This document shows positions 34,776-44,816 of a stretch of 47,804 nucleotides of DNA, piece by piece. The notes under the pieces are model-generated. The model had not been told where the DNA came from, did no database searches, and saw only the letters and a list, made by a program, of their open reading frames with translations. Position 1 is the stretch's first letter. Every line of letters begins with the position of its first letter. This stretch comes from Candidatus Limnocylindrus sp. (lineage in GTDB: Bacteria; Chloroflexota; Limnocylindria; Limnocylindrales; Limnocylindraceae): the NCBI GenBank assembly GCA_044343985.1, contig JBIJDR010000002.1, forward strand, positions 1 to 47,804, read 5' to 3'. Position numbers and translations under genes: made by a program.

Positions 34776-34781
34776 ATCCTA
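34776..34781 (-). promoter_or_regulatory. -10 hexamer TAGGAT, 6 nt before ACT-protein ATG
   Basis: The minus strand reads TAGGAT-ccactc-ATG. Confidence 0.55.
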
Positions 34782-34891
34782 GCGCCGCAGCGGGGTGTGC
34801 GCCACCCCTCCCCAGGCTGGGCTGGGCGGCGGTAGGCTAGCGGCAATCTTCGGTGGGCGCCGCCCCCGATAGGTGAAGCGGAGGAGGAGTC

Positions 34892-36316
34892 ATGGCGGTC
34901 TTCAAGCAGTACATCAACGGTAAGGCGGTCGCCGCGAAGTCTGGGAAGACCCTCAGCGTTGAGGACCCATCGACGCGCGCCAAGATTGCAACGGTGCCGC
35001 ACAGCGGGAAAGAAGACATCAACGCAGCAGTTGCCGCCGCGCGTGCCGCCTTCCCCTCCTGGTCATCTACCACGCCAGGTGAGCGGAGCCTTGCGCTGCT
35101 CAAGCTTGCCGATGCGCTTGAGTCACAGAAGCGAAAGTTCGTTGTTGCTGAATCACAGAATGCGGGGAAGCCGATCAGCGCGGTTGGCGTTGAGGTTGAT
35201 GCGGTGGTCGATAACCTGCGCTACTTCGCGGGCGCCGCGCGCAACATGGAGGGGAAGGCGGTCGCCGAGTACCTTCCTGGTCGAACGAGCATGATTCGTC
35301 GCGATCCGGTTGGCGTGATCGCCTCCATCGCGCCGTGGAACTATCCGCTCCTGATGGCGGGCTGGAAGATCGGTCCGGCGCTCGCAACGGGGAACACCAT
35401 CGTCTTGAAGCCTTCAGCGCGCACACCGATCAGTGCGCTGATGCTCGGCGCGCTGGCGCAGGAGATCCTGCCGCCAGGCGTCCTCAACGTCATCACTGGG
35501 CCAGGCTCTGATGTTGGCGCGGCACTCTCGCGTCACCCGGGCATTGACATGGTCTCCGTCACTGGCGACACGGCAACGGGGAAGCGGATCGCCGCCGCCG
35601 GTGCCGAGAGCGTGAAGCGACTCCACCTAGAGCTCGGCGGAAAGGCGCCAGTGCTCATCTTTGATGACGCTGACCTTGAACTTGCCGCTGAGACGATGCG
35701 CGCGGCGAGCTTCTGGAACGCGGGGCAGGACTGCACCGCAGCCTGCCGCATCGTGGTGGGGCCAAAGTCGTATGAGAAGTTCGTGGCGCTCCTTGAGCAG
35801 CAGGTGAAGACGATCAAGGTGGGAGCGACAACGGATAAGGCCACTGAGATGGGCTCGCTGATCAGCGCAGAGCAGCTGAAGCGCGTTGAAGGATTCGTTA
35901 GCCGCGCAGCAAAGAAGGCGGAGATCGTCCATGGCGGCAAGACGATTCGTTCAAAGGGGCACTACTACAGCCCAACGATCATTGCGGGACCGGCGCAGTC
36001 CTCGGAGATTGTGCAGGACGAAGTATTCGGCCCAGTGGTCACCGTGCAGCGTGCCAAGAGCGAAGAGCAGATGGTGGAGTGGGCGAACGACTGCCGCTTC
36101 GGCCTCGCTTCGTCGATCTGGACGAACGACGTGGCGCGTGCCTTCAAGGTCTCCAAGGCGCTGCAGTTCGGCACCGTCTGGGTGAACGATCACTTCACGC
36201 TAGTGAGCGAGATGCCGCACGGCGGCTTTAAGCAGTCGGGCTACGGGAAGGATCAGTCCATGTATGCGCTTGAGGACTACACCGTGGCGAAGCACATCAT
36301 GGTGCGAAGCGAATAG
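34892..36316 (+). CDS. NAD(P)-dependent aldehyde dehydrogenase (aminobutyraldehyde/betaine-aldehyde DH-like)
   Basis: ELGGKAP and catalytic-Cys motif FWNAGQDCTAACR; 474 aa. GGAGGAGG RBS. Confidence 0.9.
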   Translation: MAVFKQYINGKAVAAKSGKTLSVEDPSTRAKIATVPHSGKEDINAAVAAARAAFPSWSSTTPGERSLALLKLADALESQKRKFVVAESQNAGKPISAVGVEVDAVVDNLRYFAGAARNMEGKAVAEYLPGRTSMIRRDPVGVIASIAPWNYPLLMAGWKIGPALATGNTIVLKPSARTPISALMLGALAQEILPPGVLNVITGPGSDVGAALSRHPGIDMVSVTGDTATGKRIAAAGAESVKRLHLELGGKAPVLIFDDADLELAAETMRAASFWNAGQDCTAACRIVVGPKSYEKFVALLEQQVKTIKVGATTDKATEMGSLISAEQLKRVEGFVSRAAKKAEIVHGGKTIRSKGHYYSPTIIAGPAQSSEIVQDEVFGPVVTVQRAKSEEQMVEWANDCRFGLASSIWTNDVARAFKVSKALQFGTVWVNDHFTLVSEMPHGGFKQSGYGKDQSMYALEDYTVAKHIMVRSE

Positions 36317-36330
36317 CGCCCAGCATGTTC

Positions 36331-36336
36331 TAGGCT
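36331..36336 (+). promoter_or_regulatory. -10 hexamer TAGGCT, 6 nt before exonuclease ATG
   Basis: TAGGCT-gcagtc-ATG. Confidence 0.5.
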
Positions 36337-36342
36337 GCAGTC

Positions 36343-36981
36343 ATGCAGCAGAACCAGCCAGCACCACCACCGTTTGAGCCCGGCCTCGCACAGGAGTGCT
36401 GGTTCAGCGTTGATGTGGAGTGCTCCGGCCAGACGCCGCTCGAGGGGAGCCTCATCAGTATCGGCGCCTGCCTTGTGGATGATCCGTCGCGTACTTTCTA
36501 TATAGAGCTGCGTCCAGATCCAACAAAGGCGTGGGGCCCTAAAGAGGAGCGCGTCCATCACCTCACGCGCAGGCACCTTGAAGAGAGTGGTGTAGATCGT
36601 ATTGAAGGGGTGCGCAAGTTCGCCGAATGGGTGCGCAGCACCTGCGAAGCGGTTGCGCCAGAGTCGGCCCCACTCTTCGTTGGCTTCAACACACCGTTCG
36701 ACTGGATGTGGCTGACGATGGCCTTCACAGAAGCCGGCGTGAGGAATCCGTTTGGCATGTCGGCGATGGATCTAAAGAGCGTCTACTACACGCTGCACGG
36801 TGGCGAGAACCTCACCTGGAAGAAGACGGTGAAGCGATTCGTTCGCCAGGTCTATCCAACCGATCTGATCGCCGACCATAATGCGCTCGCCGACGCACTG
36901 GAGCAGGCCGAACTGGCGCGGACACTGCGCGAGGTTGCACTGAAGAACAGAATTCCGCCCACGCTCCCGCGCGGACGCTAG
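36343..36981 (+). CDS. DEDDh-type 3'-5' exonuclease domain protein
   Basis: Exo I WFSVDVECSG, Exo II FNTPFDWMW, Exo III DHNALADA. Confidence 0.7.
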   Translation: MQQNQPAPPPFEPGLAQECWFSVDVECSGQTPLEGSLISIGACLVDDPSRTFYIELRPDPTKAWGPKEERVHHLTRRHLEESGVDRIEGVRKFAEWVRSTCEAVAPESAPLFVGFNTPFDWMWLTMAFTEAGVRNPFGMSAMDLKSVYYTLHGGENLTWKKTVKRFVRQVYPTDLIADHNALADALEQAELARTLREVALKNRIPPTLPRGR

Positions 36982-36998
36982 GCGTCGCCAGGCGCGCT

Positions 36999-37877
36999 AT
37001 GGCGCTCACAACAAAGGAGATCAGGAGCGTCAACCAGCTCCTCCTTCGCTGGTATGCGAAGAGTGCACGTCCACTAAAGATTCGCGAGCGGAGCGACCCC
37101 TACTCGGTGCTCATCGTTGAGGTGATGGCACAGCAGACACAGATCTCGCGCGTTGATCAGCTGGCCGAACGATTCCTCTCTCAATTTCCAACGCTCACAG
37201 CACTCGCCAAGGCTGAGACGGCGGAGGTGCTTGAGGCGTGGCGAGGGCTCGGCTATAACCGCCGTGCCCTCTTACTACACCGAGCGGCGCAGGCGGCACA
37301 TGCCGCTGGTGGTCTTCCAGCGACCCATGAAGAGCTGCAGCTCCTCCCTGGCATTGGGCCGTACACGGCGCGGGCGGTCGCGGCGATCGCATTCGGTGGC
37401 AGCGAGATTCCTGTTGATGTGAACATTGCGCGCGTTGTGCAGCGCGTGATCGGCGAGGCGAAAATTACACCGAAGCCGCTCCAGGCGGCGGCAAATTTAT
37501 TCGGTGCGGAGCTGAAGGTGAACGAGGCTGGGGCGTGGGCGCAGGCGGCGATGGATCTCGCCAACGCGCACTGCCGTGCGAGCACACCCGACTGCGACTC
37601 ATGTCCGCTACGCAGTGTCTGTCACTCGGCGGGGAGAGTTGCAGCCCCTCCGCCGCGGAAGAAGGGGGTCGCGCCGCGATTCGGCAGCACACGACGTTGG
37701 CTCCGTGGCCGGCTACTCGATGAGTTGCGCGACGCGGGGGCGGCGGGGGTTCAACTTCTTGGCGCACGCGGTGAACACAGCGCTGAGGCTGTCACCGCTA
37801 CCATTGAGCAGTTGCAGGCGGAGGGGCTAATTGAGCGACTCCGTGGTGAGGTGTATCGACTCCCTCGCCGGACATAG
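36999..37877 (+). CDS. mutY: A/G-specific adenine glycosylase, MutY-like (HhH-GPD with 4Fe-4S loop)
   Basis: LLRWYAKSARPLKIRERSDPYSVLIVEVMAQQTQISRV, LPGIGPYTARAV, and Cys cluster CRASTPDCDSCPLRSVC. Short (~75 aa) C-terminal domain. Confidence 0.8.
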   Translation: MALTTKEIRSVNQLLLRWYAKSARPLKIRERSDPYSVLIVEVMAQQTQISRVDQLAERFLSQFPTLTALAKAETAEVLEAWRGLGYNRRALLLHRAAQAAHAAGGLPATHEELQLLPGIGPYTARAVAAIAFGGSEIPVDVNIARVVQRVIGEAKITPKPLQAAANLFGAELKVNEAGAWAQAAMDLANAHCRASTPDCDSCPLRSVCHSAGRVAAPPPRKKGVAPRFGSTRRWLRGRLLDELRDAGAAGVQLLGARGEHSAEAVTATIEQLQAEGLIERLRGEVYRLPRRT

Positions 37878-37919
37878 CAGCCGCGCGACGTGCAGTTGCA
37901 CGCAGAGAGGAGAAGACGC

Positions 37920-40646
37920 ATGAGAGACCTAGAGCTCCTTGACGCGCTCCTCTTCGACACGATCGTGGAGCAAGAGGGGGCGGCCTTCGCTGCTTCGTAT
38001 CGCAAGATGATCGACAGCCCCACGCTGCTTGACGGGGCAAGCAGGCAGGATGCGGCGCGCCTCATTCGCGCACTCACCTTGCGCTTTCGTTTGGCGAGCC
38101 TCGCAGAGGAGCGTGGTCGTGCCATTGAGATTGCGCAGGCGGCCCGGGTCGCTGCATCTGGAGGCGCGAGTGCTCTTGGGGCAGACTCCTTTACTGAGGC
38201 GGTTCGCGCCGCCACCGCCGCTGGCGCAACAGCGGAAGAGATTCAAGCGAGCGTTGCAGGGCTTCGATTCCACCCTGTGCTCACCGCGCATCCAACGGAG
38301 GCGCGTCGGCGCACGCTGATCGCACTCCTCGGCAGGATGCGCGTCCTGCTTGATCGGCGCTCGGCCGCCGTTGACCCTGCTGAAGCCGCTCTCTGTGTGC
38401 GCAGGTTGCGCGAAGAGGTGACGAACCTCTGGCGCATGGGGAGCATTCGTACGCGCCCCGTTACCCCGCTCGATGAGGTTCGCTCCGCGATGGTCCACTT
38501 CGACGAGACGATCTTTCGCCTCGCGCCGCGACTTCTTCGTGGCGTTGACGAGGCGCTCCGGCAACTCGATCCCGCCGAGGGGGAGAGCGGCTCACGTCCG
38601 CCACACCAGATGCCAACCATCCGATGGGGGAGCTGGATCGGCGGCGACCGTGACGGAAACCCGAACGTCACAGCTGTAACGACGCGAGAGGCGGCGCGCA
38701 TTCAGGCAGACCATACGCTTCGCGCCCTTGGGGCTGTTGCGCAGCGCCTGACGCTCTCTATCGCCGCAACGGTTTCCGAAGATGCGATCCCAACGTCGCT
38801 CGCGGCAGCGCTCGAGCGCGACGCAGGTGATCTTGGCGACGCCGAGCGCGTCTTGAGAGAGCGCTTCCCAAATGAGGCGTACCGACGCAGGCTCGGCGCA
38901 ATTGCTGAACGCCTCTGGCGCACGCGACAGATTCGCATCCACGGCGAGAAGAAGGGGAGTGAAGGGGCGTACGCGGATCCGGGTGACCTTGTGCGTGAGT
39001 TGAAGGAGCTTGGCGAAGCACTCTCCGCCGATCGCCTGCAGCGCTCTGCGTACGGCGAGCTGCTCGAGTTCCAGTGGCAGGTTGAGACGTTCGGCTTCCA
39101 CTTCGCAGCGCTTGAGGTTCGCCAGGCTCGCGCAGTGCATGCGGCGGCGCTTGAAGTGCTTAACGGAATCAGCAGCACGTCAAGCGGCGAGGCGCTCACC
39201 GCCGCCCTCACAGTAGAGCTCGTTCCAGGGGTGAGTGTTGGCGAGGTGCTCGCCACAATTCGCGTCGCCGCTGAGGTGCAGCGAGTGCACGGTGAAGCGG
39301 CGCTGACCAACTATGTGATCAGCGGCTTTGAAGGAGCTGAGGATTTGCGCACGCTGCTCGCCCTCTTTACATGGGCGCGTGATGAACGCATTCCGCCCTC
39401 CGCCACAGCGGATGCAGTCCCTGGTGCGCCTCTGGTCAACCTTGTTCCACTCATGGAGTCATCTGCCGCACTCGATTCGGCTGGCGAGATTCTTAATGAG
39501 GTCCTTGCCGATCAGCGCCTGCGCGAGCAGATCAGATCCCGAGCCGACCATCTGGAGGTGATGCTCGGCTACTCAGATACGAATAAGGAGAGCGGCTATC
39601 TCGCCAGCGGCTGGTCACTTCATTTAGCGGAAGACGCGCTCGTTCGAGCCGCAGCCGCGCACAAGATGCGCATCACACTCTTCCATGGTCGCGGTGGCGC
39701 GATCGGTCGCGGTGGTGGACCAACGCATCGCGCCATCCTTGGACAGCACCCGGGTGGTCTCCTTGCTGGTTTCAAGATCACCGAACAGGGCGAGGTGATT
39801 GCGTCGCGCTACGCAGACCCAACGATTGCCTATCGCGATGGTGATCAGATCCTTGCAGCGCTTCTCACCGCGACGCAGCCGAGCGCCGCCAAGCGCCTTG
39901 AGGTTGAGGAGCAGAAGTATCGTGAACTTGTAAGCACGCTCGCCAGTGAGGCGCGTGGCGCATACCTGCGCCTAGTCCGCGAGGAGGAGGGATTCGAAGA
40001 GTTCTTCCGCGCTGCAACACCGATCGCAGAGCTCGGCGGAATGAACCTCGGCTCGCGTCCAGCCGCTCGCGGTGCGCGCGGCGGTCAGCCAGGCGCCGGA
40101 GCGCAGCGCGCCAGCATTGACAGCCTCCGCGCCATCCCGTGGGTCTTCGCCTGGAGTCAGTCGCGTATCAACCTTCCGGGCTGGTACGGGCTCGGACTGC
40201 TTGAGGCGGCGCTCGCCGACCCGAAGCGACGTGAGGCGTTGCAGGAGGCGTATCAGCGCTGGCCCTATTTCAGTTCCTTGATCGACAACGCGGCGATGAT
40301 CCTTGCAAAGTCATCGCCCGCAGTTGCAGAGGAGTTCGCCGCACTCGCCTTGGCCGGTGGTGGCGCTCCAGTGCAGCGTGTCTGGGAGCTAATCATTGCG
40401 GAGCGCGCCGCCGCTGAGCGCGGCCTGCTCGGGGTGACTGGCGCTGCGCGCCTCCTCGGCGCGGAGCCTGACCTGCGGCGTTCACTTGAACAACGCGCTC
40501 CAGACCTTGATGCCCTCTCGCGGATCCAGGTTCGCCTCCTGGCGCAACTACGTGCCGCGACGGGGGAGTCGGAGCGGGACGAGCTTGCATACCTCGTTCG
40601 GCTCACCGTGAGTGGCGTTGCGGCCGGTCTCCGCAACACCGGCTGA
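37920..40646 (+). CDS. ppc: phosphoenolpyruvate carboxylase
   Basis: VLTAHPTEARR, GYSDTNKESGY, FHGRGGAIGRGGGP, C-terminal ...LRNTG. ATG 37920 preferred (GAGAGGAGAAG upstream) over GTG 37890. Confidence 0.93.
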   Translation: MRDLELLDALLFDTIVEQEGAAFAASYRKMIDSPTLLDGASRQDAARLIRALTLRFRLASLAEERGRAIEIAQAARVAASGGASALGADSFTEAVRAATAAGATAEEIQASVAGLRFHPVLTAHPTEARRRTLIALLGRMRVLLDRRSAAVDPAEAALCVRRLREEVTNLWRMGSIRTRPVTPLDEVRSAMVHFDETIFRLAPRLLRGVDEALRQLDPAEGESGSRPPHQMPTIRWGSWIGGDRDGNPNVTAVTTREAARIQADHTLRALGAVAQRLTLSIAATVSEDAIPTSLAAALERDAGDLGDAERVLRERFPNEAYRRRLGAIAERLWRTRQIRIHGEKKGSEGAYADPGDLVRELKELGEALSADRLQRSAYGELLEFQWQVETFGFHFAALEVRQARAVHAAALEVLNGISSTSSGEALTAALTVELVPGVSVGEVLATIRVAAEVQRVHGEAALTNYVISGFEGAEDLRTLLALFTWARDERIPPSATADAVPGAPLVNLVPLMESSAALDSAGEILNEVLADQRLREQIRSRADHLEVMLGYSDTNKESGYLASGWSLHLAEDALVRAAAAHKMRITLFHGRGGAIGRGGGPTHRAILGQHPGGLLAGFKITEQGEVIASRYADPTIAYRDGDQILAALLTATQPSAAKRLEVEEQKYRELVSTLASEARGAYLRLVREEEGFEEFFRAATPIAELGGMNLGSRPAARGARGGQPGAGAQRASIDSLRAIPWVFAWSQSRINLPGWYGLGLLEAALADPKRREALQEAYQRWPYFSSLIDNAAMILAKSSPAVAEEFAALALAGGGAPVQRVWELIIAERAAAERGLLGVTGAARLLGAEPDLRRSLEQRAPDLDALSRIQVRLLAQLRAATGESERDELAYLVRLTVSGVAAGLRNTG

Positions 40647-40654
40647 TTCGCGTC

Positions 40655-40660
40655 TATCCT
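40655..40660 (+). promoter_or_regulatory. -10 hexamer TATCCT, 6 nt before YjeF_N-like ATG
   Basis: TATCCT-cacctg-ATG. Confidence 0.5.
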
Positions 40661-40666
40661 CACCTG

Positions 40667-41506
40667 ATGAAGAAGACTGTTCCAGCGAAAAGCGGTGGTC
40701 CAACACAGGCGAAGGCGATACGACGCCGTACCGCAACGGCGTCCGCAGATCAGGAGCAGATCGCCGCTGCGATCGCACCACTACAAAGTCGCTGGTCCGC
40801 TAACGCGCAGCTCCGCCCAGTGACGGCGGCATCAATGCGCGGCATTCGCGCGAAGGCGGCGCGACTCGGTCTGAGTCCAGACGAGATCGCCGCACGCGGT
40901 GGCGCTGCGATTGCAGATGTCGTGCGCGCAATTGCTGATGCACGCGATGCTTCAGGCAAGTTGCCCATCTTCTTCTTGGCAGGATCGGACCGCGACGCGG
41001 CATATGGACTAGAGGCGGCGCTTGCACTCGCCGATGGGGAGCGGCGTTTGGTCGTTGCGCTCTTCGGCACAAAGGCGCGACCAGAGCATGCCTCTGCTGC
41101 TGGCGTGTGGGATCGATTGGAATCTGCACCGCGCGTGGAGCGCTACCGCATCCCAAACATGCGCGAAGCGGCACACTTCCGCGCTGGCATTGAAGAGGTT
41201 GCGGTGCTCGTTGATGCGCTCGGTGGTGCGCCAACAAGCACAGCGCCACAGGTGCCGCTCCTAGCAGCGATTGATCTGATTCGGCGTGCGCGATCTGTTG
41301 GAGTTCCATGCGTTGCTGTTGGCGGACCGATCGGGCTAGATCCAGAGAGTGGTGCACGTCGACGAGGTGCCCCTGGCGCAGATGTGAGCGTACTCTTTCA
41401 CCGTCCGCTCACAACACATCAGTCACTCCCCGCGCAGAAGCTGCTCGGTGAGGTGCTCGTTGCACCGATCGGCATTCCAGACGAGGCGGATGCGCTCGCC
41501 GTATGA
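40667..41506 (+). CDS. divergent YjeF_N-like (NAD(P)HX-epimerase fold) protein with degenerate motifs and basic N-terminal tail
   Basis: Topology matches YjeF_N (VTAASMRGIRAKAARLG..., LVDALGG..., VAVGGPIGLDPESG..., VLVAPIGIP). However, the GNNGGDG-type loop reads GSDRDAAYG and DxPSG reads GGPIG. Confidence 0.5.
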   Translation: MKKTVPAKSGGPTQAKAIRRRTATASADQEQIAAAIAPLQSRWSANAQLRPVTAASMRGIRAKAARLGLSPDEIAARGGAAIADVVRAIADARDASGKLPIFFLAGSDRDAAYGLEAALALADGERRLVVALFGTKARPEHASAAGVWDRLESAPRVERYRIPNMREAAHFRAGIEEVAVLVDALGGAPTSTAPQVPLLAAIDLIRRARSVGVPCVAVGGPIGLDPESGARRRGAPGADVSVLFHRPLTTHQSLPAQKLLGEVLVAPIGIPDEADALAV

Positions 41507-41691
41507 GGCGCTCAGCTGCGCTTAGCGCGCTTGCCGCAGCGCTTGCGGTGGCCGCGGCTGTCTTAACCCTTCAGGCGTTGAGCGCGCTCATCCCGCCGCT
41601 CGGCCTTGCGATTCGTCAGCTTCCGCTTATTCCCGCTGCGCTGATCTGCGCAACGCTGCTGATCTCAATCAGGATGATCCGCTCCCGCTAG
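41503..41691 (+). CDS. hypothetical small membrane protein (62 aa, 2 predicted TM)
   Basis: The ATG overlaps the upstream stop by 4 nt, and the composition is hydrophobic. No homology recognised. Confidence 0.35.
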   Translation: MRRSAALSALAAALAVAAAVLTLQALSALIPPLGLAIRQLPLIPAALICATLLISIRMIRSR

Positions 41692-41703
41692 TTAGGAGCC
41701 TCT

Positions 41704-42351
41704 CTAGTCGCGCTGCAGCATCCCCGCATCAAAGGTCCGCTCTGTCCCGTTACGTAGCCGCGCAATGTTGTCTGCGTGCGCGAGCCAGACGAGTGCTGGG
41801 CCGACCAGGCCGTATGCAATCAGCGCGCCATCTAGCCCTCCAGTGGTGGCATAGCTGATGAGAAAGAGTGCTGGCGCAAAGAGCGCCGCTGTGACGAGCG
41901 ATCCGAGCGAAACGAGTCTGGTCCGCCAGATAATGATGATGAAGACGGGGGAGACGGCGGCGAGTGCGAGCGGTGCGACGGCGAGCGCCGTGCCGAAGCC
42001 TGTTGCAATCCCGCGACCACCCTTGAAGCCGACCCAGACGGAGCGCGTTGCACCGATCACCGCAAAGAGTGCGGCGATCACCGTCCATGCGCTGGTCCAA
42101 GCCTCGGCACCCTCTGCTGCGAGGGCGTGAACGGCGAGGACGGGGAGCGTCCCCTTCAAGATGTCGCCCGTGGCAACCACGGCGGCGCGACGGCGACCGA
42201 GCGCTCGCAGTGCGTTCGTGCCGCCGGTGCGTCCAGAGCCGATCGATCGCGGGTCGGGACCGCCGGTGAGGCGCGCCACAAGGAGGCCGAACGGGATCGA
42301 GCCCGCGAGGTAGGCGCCTAGGGTGGCGGCGAGGAGGAGCGGTAGGTCCAT
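41704..42351 (-). CDS. plsY: glycerol-3-phosphate acyltransferase PlsY
   Basis: YLAGSIPFGLLVARL...GSGRTGGTNALRALG...GFKGGRGIATG. Confidence 0.9.
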   Translation of the reverse strand: MDLPLLLAATLGAYLAGSIPFGLLVARLTGGPDPRSIGSGRTGGTNALRALGRRRAAVVATGDILKGTLPVLAVHALAAEGAEAWTSAWTVIAALFAVIGATRSVWVGFKGGRGIATGFGTALAVAPLALAAVSPVFIIIIWRTRLVSLGSLVTAALFAPALFLISYATTGGLDGALIAYGLVGPALVWLAHADNIARLRNGTERTFDAGMLQRD

Positions 42352-42359
42352 CGCGGCGG

Positions 42360-42365
42360 AGGTTA
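42360..42365 (-). promoter_or_regulatory. -10 hexamer TAACCT, 8 nt before plsY ATG
   Basis: The minus strand reads TAACCT-ccgccgcg-ATG. Confidence 0.4.
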
Positions 42366-42396
42366 GCAGCGCGCGGCAAGGGTCGGCGGTGGGGCG

Positions 42397-42402
42397 TAGG
42401 AT
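42397..42402 (+). promoter_or_regulatory. -10 hexamer TAGGAT, 6 nt before lpdA ATG
   Basis: TAGGAT-tcacgc-ATG. Confidence 0.55.
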
Positions 42403-42408
42403 TCACGC

Positions 42409-43833
42409 ATGGCCGACCACGATCTCCTCGTACTCGGCGGCGGAACGGGCGGCTACGCCGCCGCCTTCCGGGCGGCGCAACTCGGGAAGCGTGTGGCGCT
42501 GGTTGAGCAGGCGAAGGTCGGCGGCACCTGCCTCCACTGGGGCTGCATCCCCGCCAAGGCGATGCTCGAGACGGGCGACCTTCTCGCCAAGATTGGGAAG
42601 GCGTCCGATTTCGGAATCCAGATCTCTCCCGCGACTGGCGTTGACCCAGCGGTTATTGGCGCGCGGCGCGACAAGATCGTTGCGCGCATGCACGCGGGGC
42701 TGAAGAGCCTCTTCAAGAAGAACAACGTTGAACTCATTGCAGGGCGCGCAACGCTGCTCGGTGGCGGTTCGGTGGGGGTCTCACTCGTTGATGAGAGCGG
42801 TACGGCGACTGGCGAAAAGAGGACGATCAGTGCAACCGATATCGTGGTCGCTACAGGTTCAAGCGTTCGCCGCATCCCTGGCTTAGAGACGGATGGACAC
42901 GTGATCGTTGATAGCGATCAGATCACTACGGGGACGCTGAAGCCTGCCAGCGTCATTGTGGTTGGCGGTGGCGCCGTTGGCTGTGAATTCGCCTCCTACT
43001 TCCGCGACCTCGGTGCCGAGACCACCATTGTTGAGATGCTCCCAGCACTTGTGCCGCTTGAAGACCGCGACGCCTCGAAAGAGCTGACGCGCGCGTTTAC
43101 AAAGCGCGGCATTGCGATCCACGTTGCCCACCGCATCAAGGAGGGTTCATTCGCGAAGTCAGCGAGTGGGGTCACAATGCAGATTGAGCCGATTGAAGGT
43201 GGCGAAGCGATCTCGCTTGCCGCTGAACTGCTCGTTGTTGCCGCCGGTCGCGTGCCGAACAGCGGCGAGATTGGCCTAGAAAACACCAAGGCGATCGTTG
43301 AGCGCGGCTTCGTCAAGGTTGATGCGCAAATGCAGACTGCGGAGCCACACCTCTATGCGGTGGGAGATGTCATCGGCGGGCTGCAGCTCGCACACGTTGC
43401 GGCACATGAGGGGATGATCGCGGCACACGCAATCGCGGGGGAGCCACTGCACGCCATGGACTATGTGAAGCAGCCGCGTGCAACTTACTGTCGCCCCGAA
43501 GTTGCCTCCGTTGGCTACACGACCCAGGAGTTGGAGCGAGATGGCGTGCCGTTCGTTGCCGGCCAGGTTCCATTCCTCGCTATTGCTAAGGCGCACGTTG
43601 GCGGCGATGCCGATGGTTTCTGCAAGGTGCTCCGTCATGCGGAGAGTGGCGCGATCCTCGGCGTACACATGGTGGGGCCGAAGGTGACCGACCTTATTGC
43701 TGCGGCGAGCCTGGCGATGGAGCTTGGTGCAACGGCAACACAGGTTGGCGGCACTACGCATCCACATCCAACGCTCTCGGAGATCGTTGGCGAGGCGGCG
43801 CTCGTCTCCATTGGCCGCTCGGTGAACTTCTGA
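42409..43833 (+). CDS. lpdA: dihydrolipoyl dehydrogenase
   Basis: [10 protein letters not shown], redox-active [21 protein letters not shown]. Confidence 0.93.
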   Translation: MADHDLLVLGGGTGGYAAAFRAAQLGKRVALVEQAKVGGTCLHWGCIPAKAMLETGDLLAKIGKASDFGIQISPATGVDPAVIGARRDKIVARMHAGLKSLFKKNNVELIAGRATLLGGGSVGVSLVDESGTATGEKRTISATDIVVATGSSVRRIPGLETDGHVIVDSDQITTGTLKPASVIVVGGGAVGCEFASYFRDLGAETTIVEMLPALVPLEDRDASKELTRAFTKRGIAIHVAHRIKEGSFAKSASGVTMQIEPIEGGEAISLAAELLVVAAGRVPNSGEIGLENTKAIVERGFVKVDAQMQTAEPHLYAVGDVIGGLQLAHVAAHEGMIAAHAIAGEPLHAMDYVKQPRATYCRPEVASVGYTTQELERDGVPFVAGQVPFLAIAKAHVGGDADGFCKVLRHAESGAILGVHMVGPKVTDLIAAASLAMELGATATQVGGTTHPHPTLSEIVGEAALVSIGRSVNF

Positions 43834-44816
43834 TGCGTGATCTGCCGATCTTCGGCCAGCCGGCGCCAGCAACAGAGCGCCGCCATCCAGACTGGATTCG
43901 CTCAAAGGTTCCAGGCGGGGATCGCTACCGCGAGCTGAAGCGGCTGATGCGTGACAAGACGCTGAACACCGTTTGTGAGGAGGCGCGCTGCCCGAATATC
44001 GGCGAGTGCTGGGATCAGGGGACGGCAACGGTGATGATTCTTGGCGATACCTGCACGCGCGCTTGTGGCTTCTGCGCGGTGAAGACGGGTCGCCCGGCTG
44101 GACTTGATCAGGATGAGCCGCGACGCGTTGCTGAGGCGCTCGCCTCACTCGACCTGGATCATGTGGTGATCACGAGCGTTGCCCGCGACGATCTCCCAGA
44201 CGGTGGCGCCGCCATCTTCGCCGAGAGCATTCGCGAGCTGCGGCGCCTGGCGCCAGGTACAGGCATTGAGGTGCTGATCCCAGACTTTGACGGGAAGGAC
44301 GAGCCGCTTCGCCTTGTGATGGAGGCCTCACCAGACATCCTTGACCACAACCTAGAGACCGTAGAACGGCTGCAGAAGCCGGTGCGCAAGCGCGCCCGCT
44401 ACGACCGATCGCTACAGGTACTCGCACGCGCAAAAGCAATGGCGGCGGAGCTCGGCAATCCGGTACATACGAAGAGCTCGATAATGGTGGGGCTCGGCGA
44501 GGAGCACGACGAACTCCTCACCACCTTCCGCGACCTTCGCTCCGTTGACTGCGACATCCTGACGATTGGCCAGTACCTACGCCCAACGATGGAGCACCTC
44601 CCGCTGGTTCGCTACTACACGCCAGAAGAGTTCGCCTCACTGCGCGAGGAGGCGTTGGCGATGGGTTTCAAGCACGTTGAGTCGGGTCCGCTGGTGCGCA
44701 GCTCGTATCACGCGCGTGACCAGGTGCCGAGCGACTCGCCAGCGCTGCGCGGTCGCCGCGCCCGCGACGCAGCACACGCCACTGAGACAACCGAAGCGCG
44801 CGAAGTGAGCGCATGA
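43833..44816 (+). CDS. lipA: lipoyl synthase (radical SAM)
   Basis: [12 protein letters not shown] auxiliary cluster and CTRACGFC radical-SAM cluster. The ATG overlaps the lpdA stop (TGATG). Confidence 0.95.
   Translation: MRDLPIFGQPAPATERRHPDWIRSKVPGGDRYRELKRLMRDKTLNTVCEEARCPNIGECWDQGTATVMILGDTCTRACGFCAVKTGRPAGLDQDEPRRVAEALASLDLDHVVITSVARDDLPDGGAAIFAESIRELRRLAPGTGIEVLIPDFDGKDEPLRLVMEASPDILDHNLETVERLQKPVRKRARYDRSLQVLARAKAMAAELGNPVHTKSSIMVGLGEEHDELLTTFRDLRSVDCDILTIGQYLRPTMEHLPLVRYYTPEEFASLREEALAMGFKHVESGPLVRSSYHARDQVPSDSPALRGRRARDAAHATETTEAREVSA

Noticed and set aside
34792-34808. The hairpin GGGGTG-tgcgc-CACCCC in the 122-nt ACT/ALDH divergent spacer.
   Set aside because: It lies upstream of the ACT -10 box, and it is unclear whether it is transcribed with ALDH. 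No associated motif or U-tract, so no function could be assigned.
37890-37919. An alternative GTG start for ppc.
   Set aside because: ATG 37920 is preceded by a purine-rich RBS, and the extra 10 aa are not conserved-looking. Uncertainty is low-stakes.
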